A stretch of DNA of 64,000 bases from the NCBI RefSeq assembly GCF_036365525.1, contig NC_090405.1, positions 49,161,749 through 49,225,748 on the forward strand, in the 5' to 3' direction. A model generated the notes under the pieces. That model ran no database searches. It saw only the letters and a program-made list of their open reading frames with translations, and had not been told where the DNA came from. The DNA is from Heterodontus francisci (lineage: Eukaryota). The translations under genes were made by a program, and so were the position numbers. Within the stretch, counting starts at the first letter, position 1, and every line of letters starts with the position of its first letter. Below, in pieces: positions 63,648-64,000 of the stretch.

Positions 63648-64000
63648 GTGAGTAAATTTCACATTTAATGGATTGTAAAGTATTGGTACAAAGAGTGTCG
63701 ATGGAATTGAGGCAACTGGCTGATCATCACTGGGAGCGTAGATATTTGCAATCAAATATATTACGTTCCTGTTAATTTCGTGGGGTCTGATTTGGGAGTT
63801 AAGTGATGGCCAATTAATCTAGAAGTTAGCTCATTTCAAAAGCTTTGGTGGCATTTGCCCCATCGCAGTATTGTTTCCGCTCTAATGAATCGGGGTTTTT
63901 TTTTCCATATCTGAGGTCACGGCCTTTTTTTTTAATTGTTGTTTGCGGCGTCAACTTTGTGTTATAGATGTAATTACTCTTTGTGCTTTGAATACTTACC

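Overview
Vertebrate nuclear DNA, most likely a shark or other cartilaginous fish (inferred from HE1-type V-SINEs, SacSINE1-like DeuSINEs and the CR1/RTE repertoire). Three genes are seen in the order known from human 15q24. (i) A minus-strand CpG-island first coding exon (24183-23950), assigned to SCAPER by synteny only; the left ~24 kb would be its intron. (ii) A complete plus-strand RCN2 (reticulocalbin-2) gene: non-coding exon ending 31100 plus 7 coding exons over 35216-49400, giving 319 aa with six EF-hand loops and a C-terminal HDEL. (iii) The first coding exon of PSTPIP1 (MTRLRFKDAFW, 63615-63647) with its promoter. The rest is mostly decayed retroelements: CR1-group, RTE and L1/Tx1 LINEs, three SINE types, two solo LTRs, Penelope-type terminal repeats with minimal hammerhead motifs, and MITE-like elements. 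The most unusual object is a 3.2-kb LINE at 8470-11708. Its 5' end is a tRNA-derived Pol III SINE head fused directly to an endonuclease-RT ORF, and its sense strand almost lacks T4 terminators. Short SINEs in the window look like internal-deletion derivatives of it. This is a candidate Pol III-transcribed, protein-coding 'SINE-headed LINE' system. All family names are from motif recognition, not database searches.
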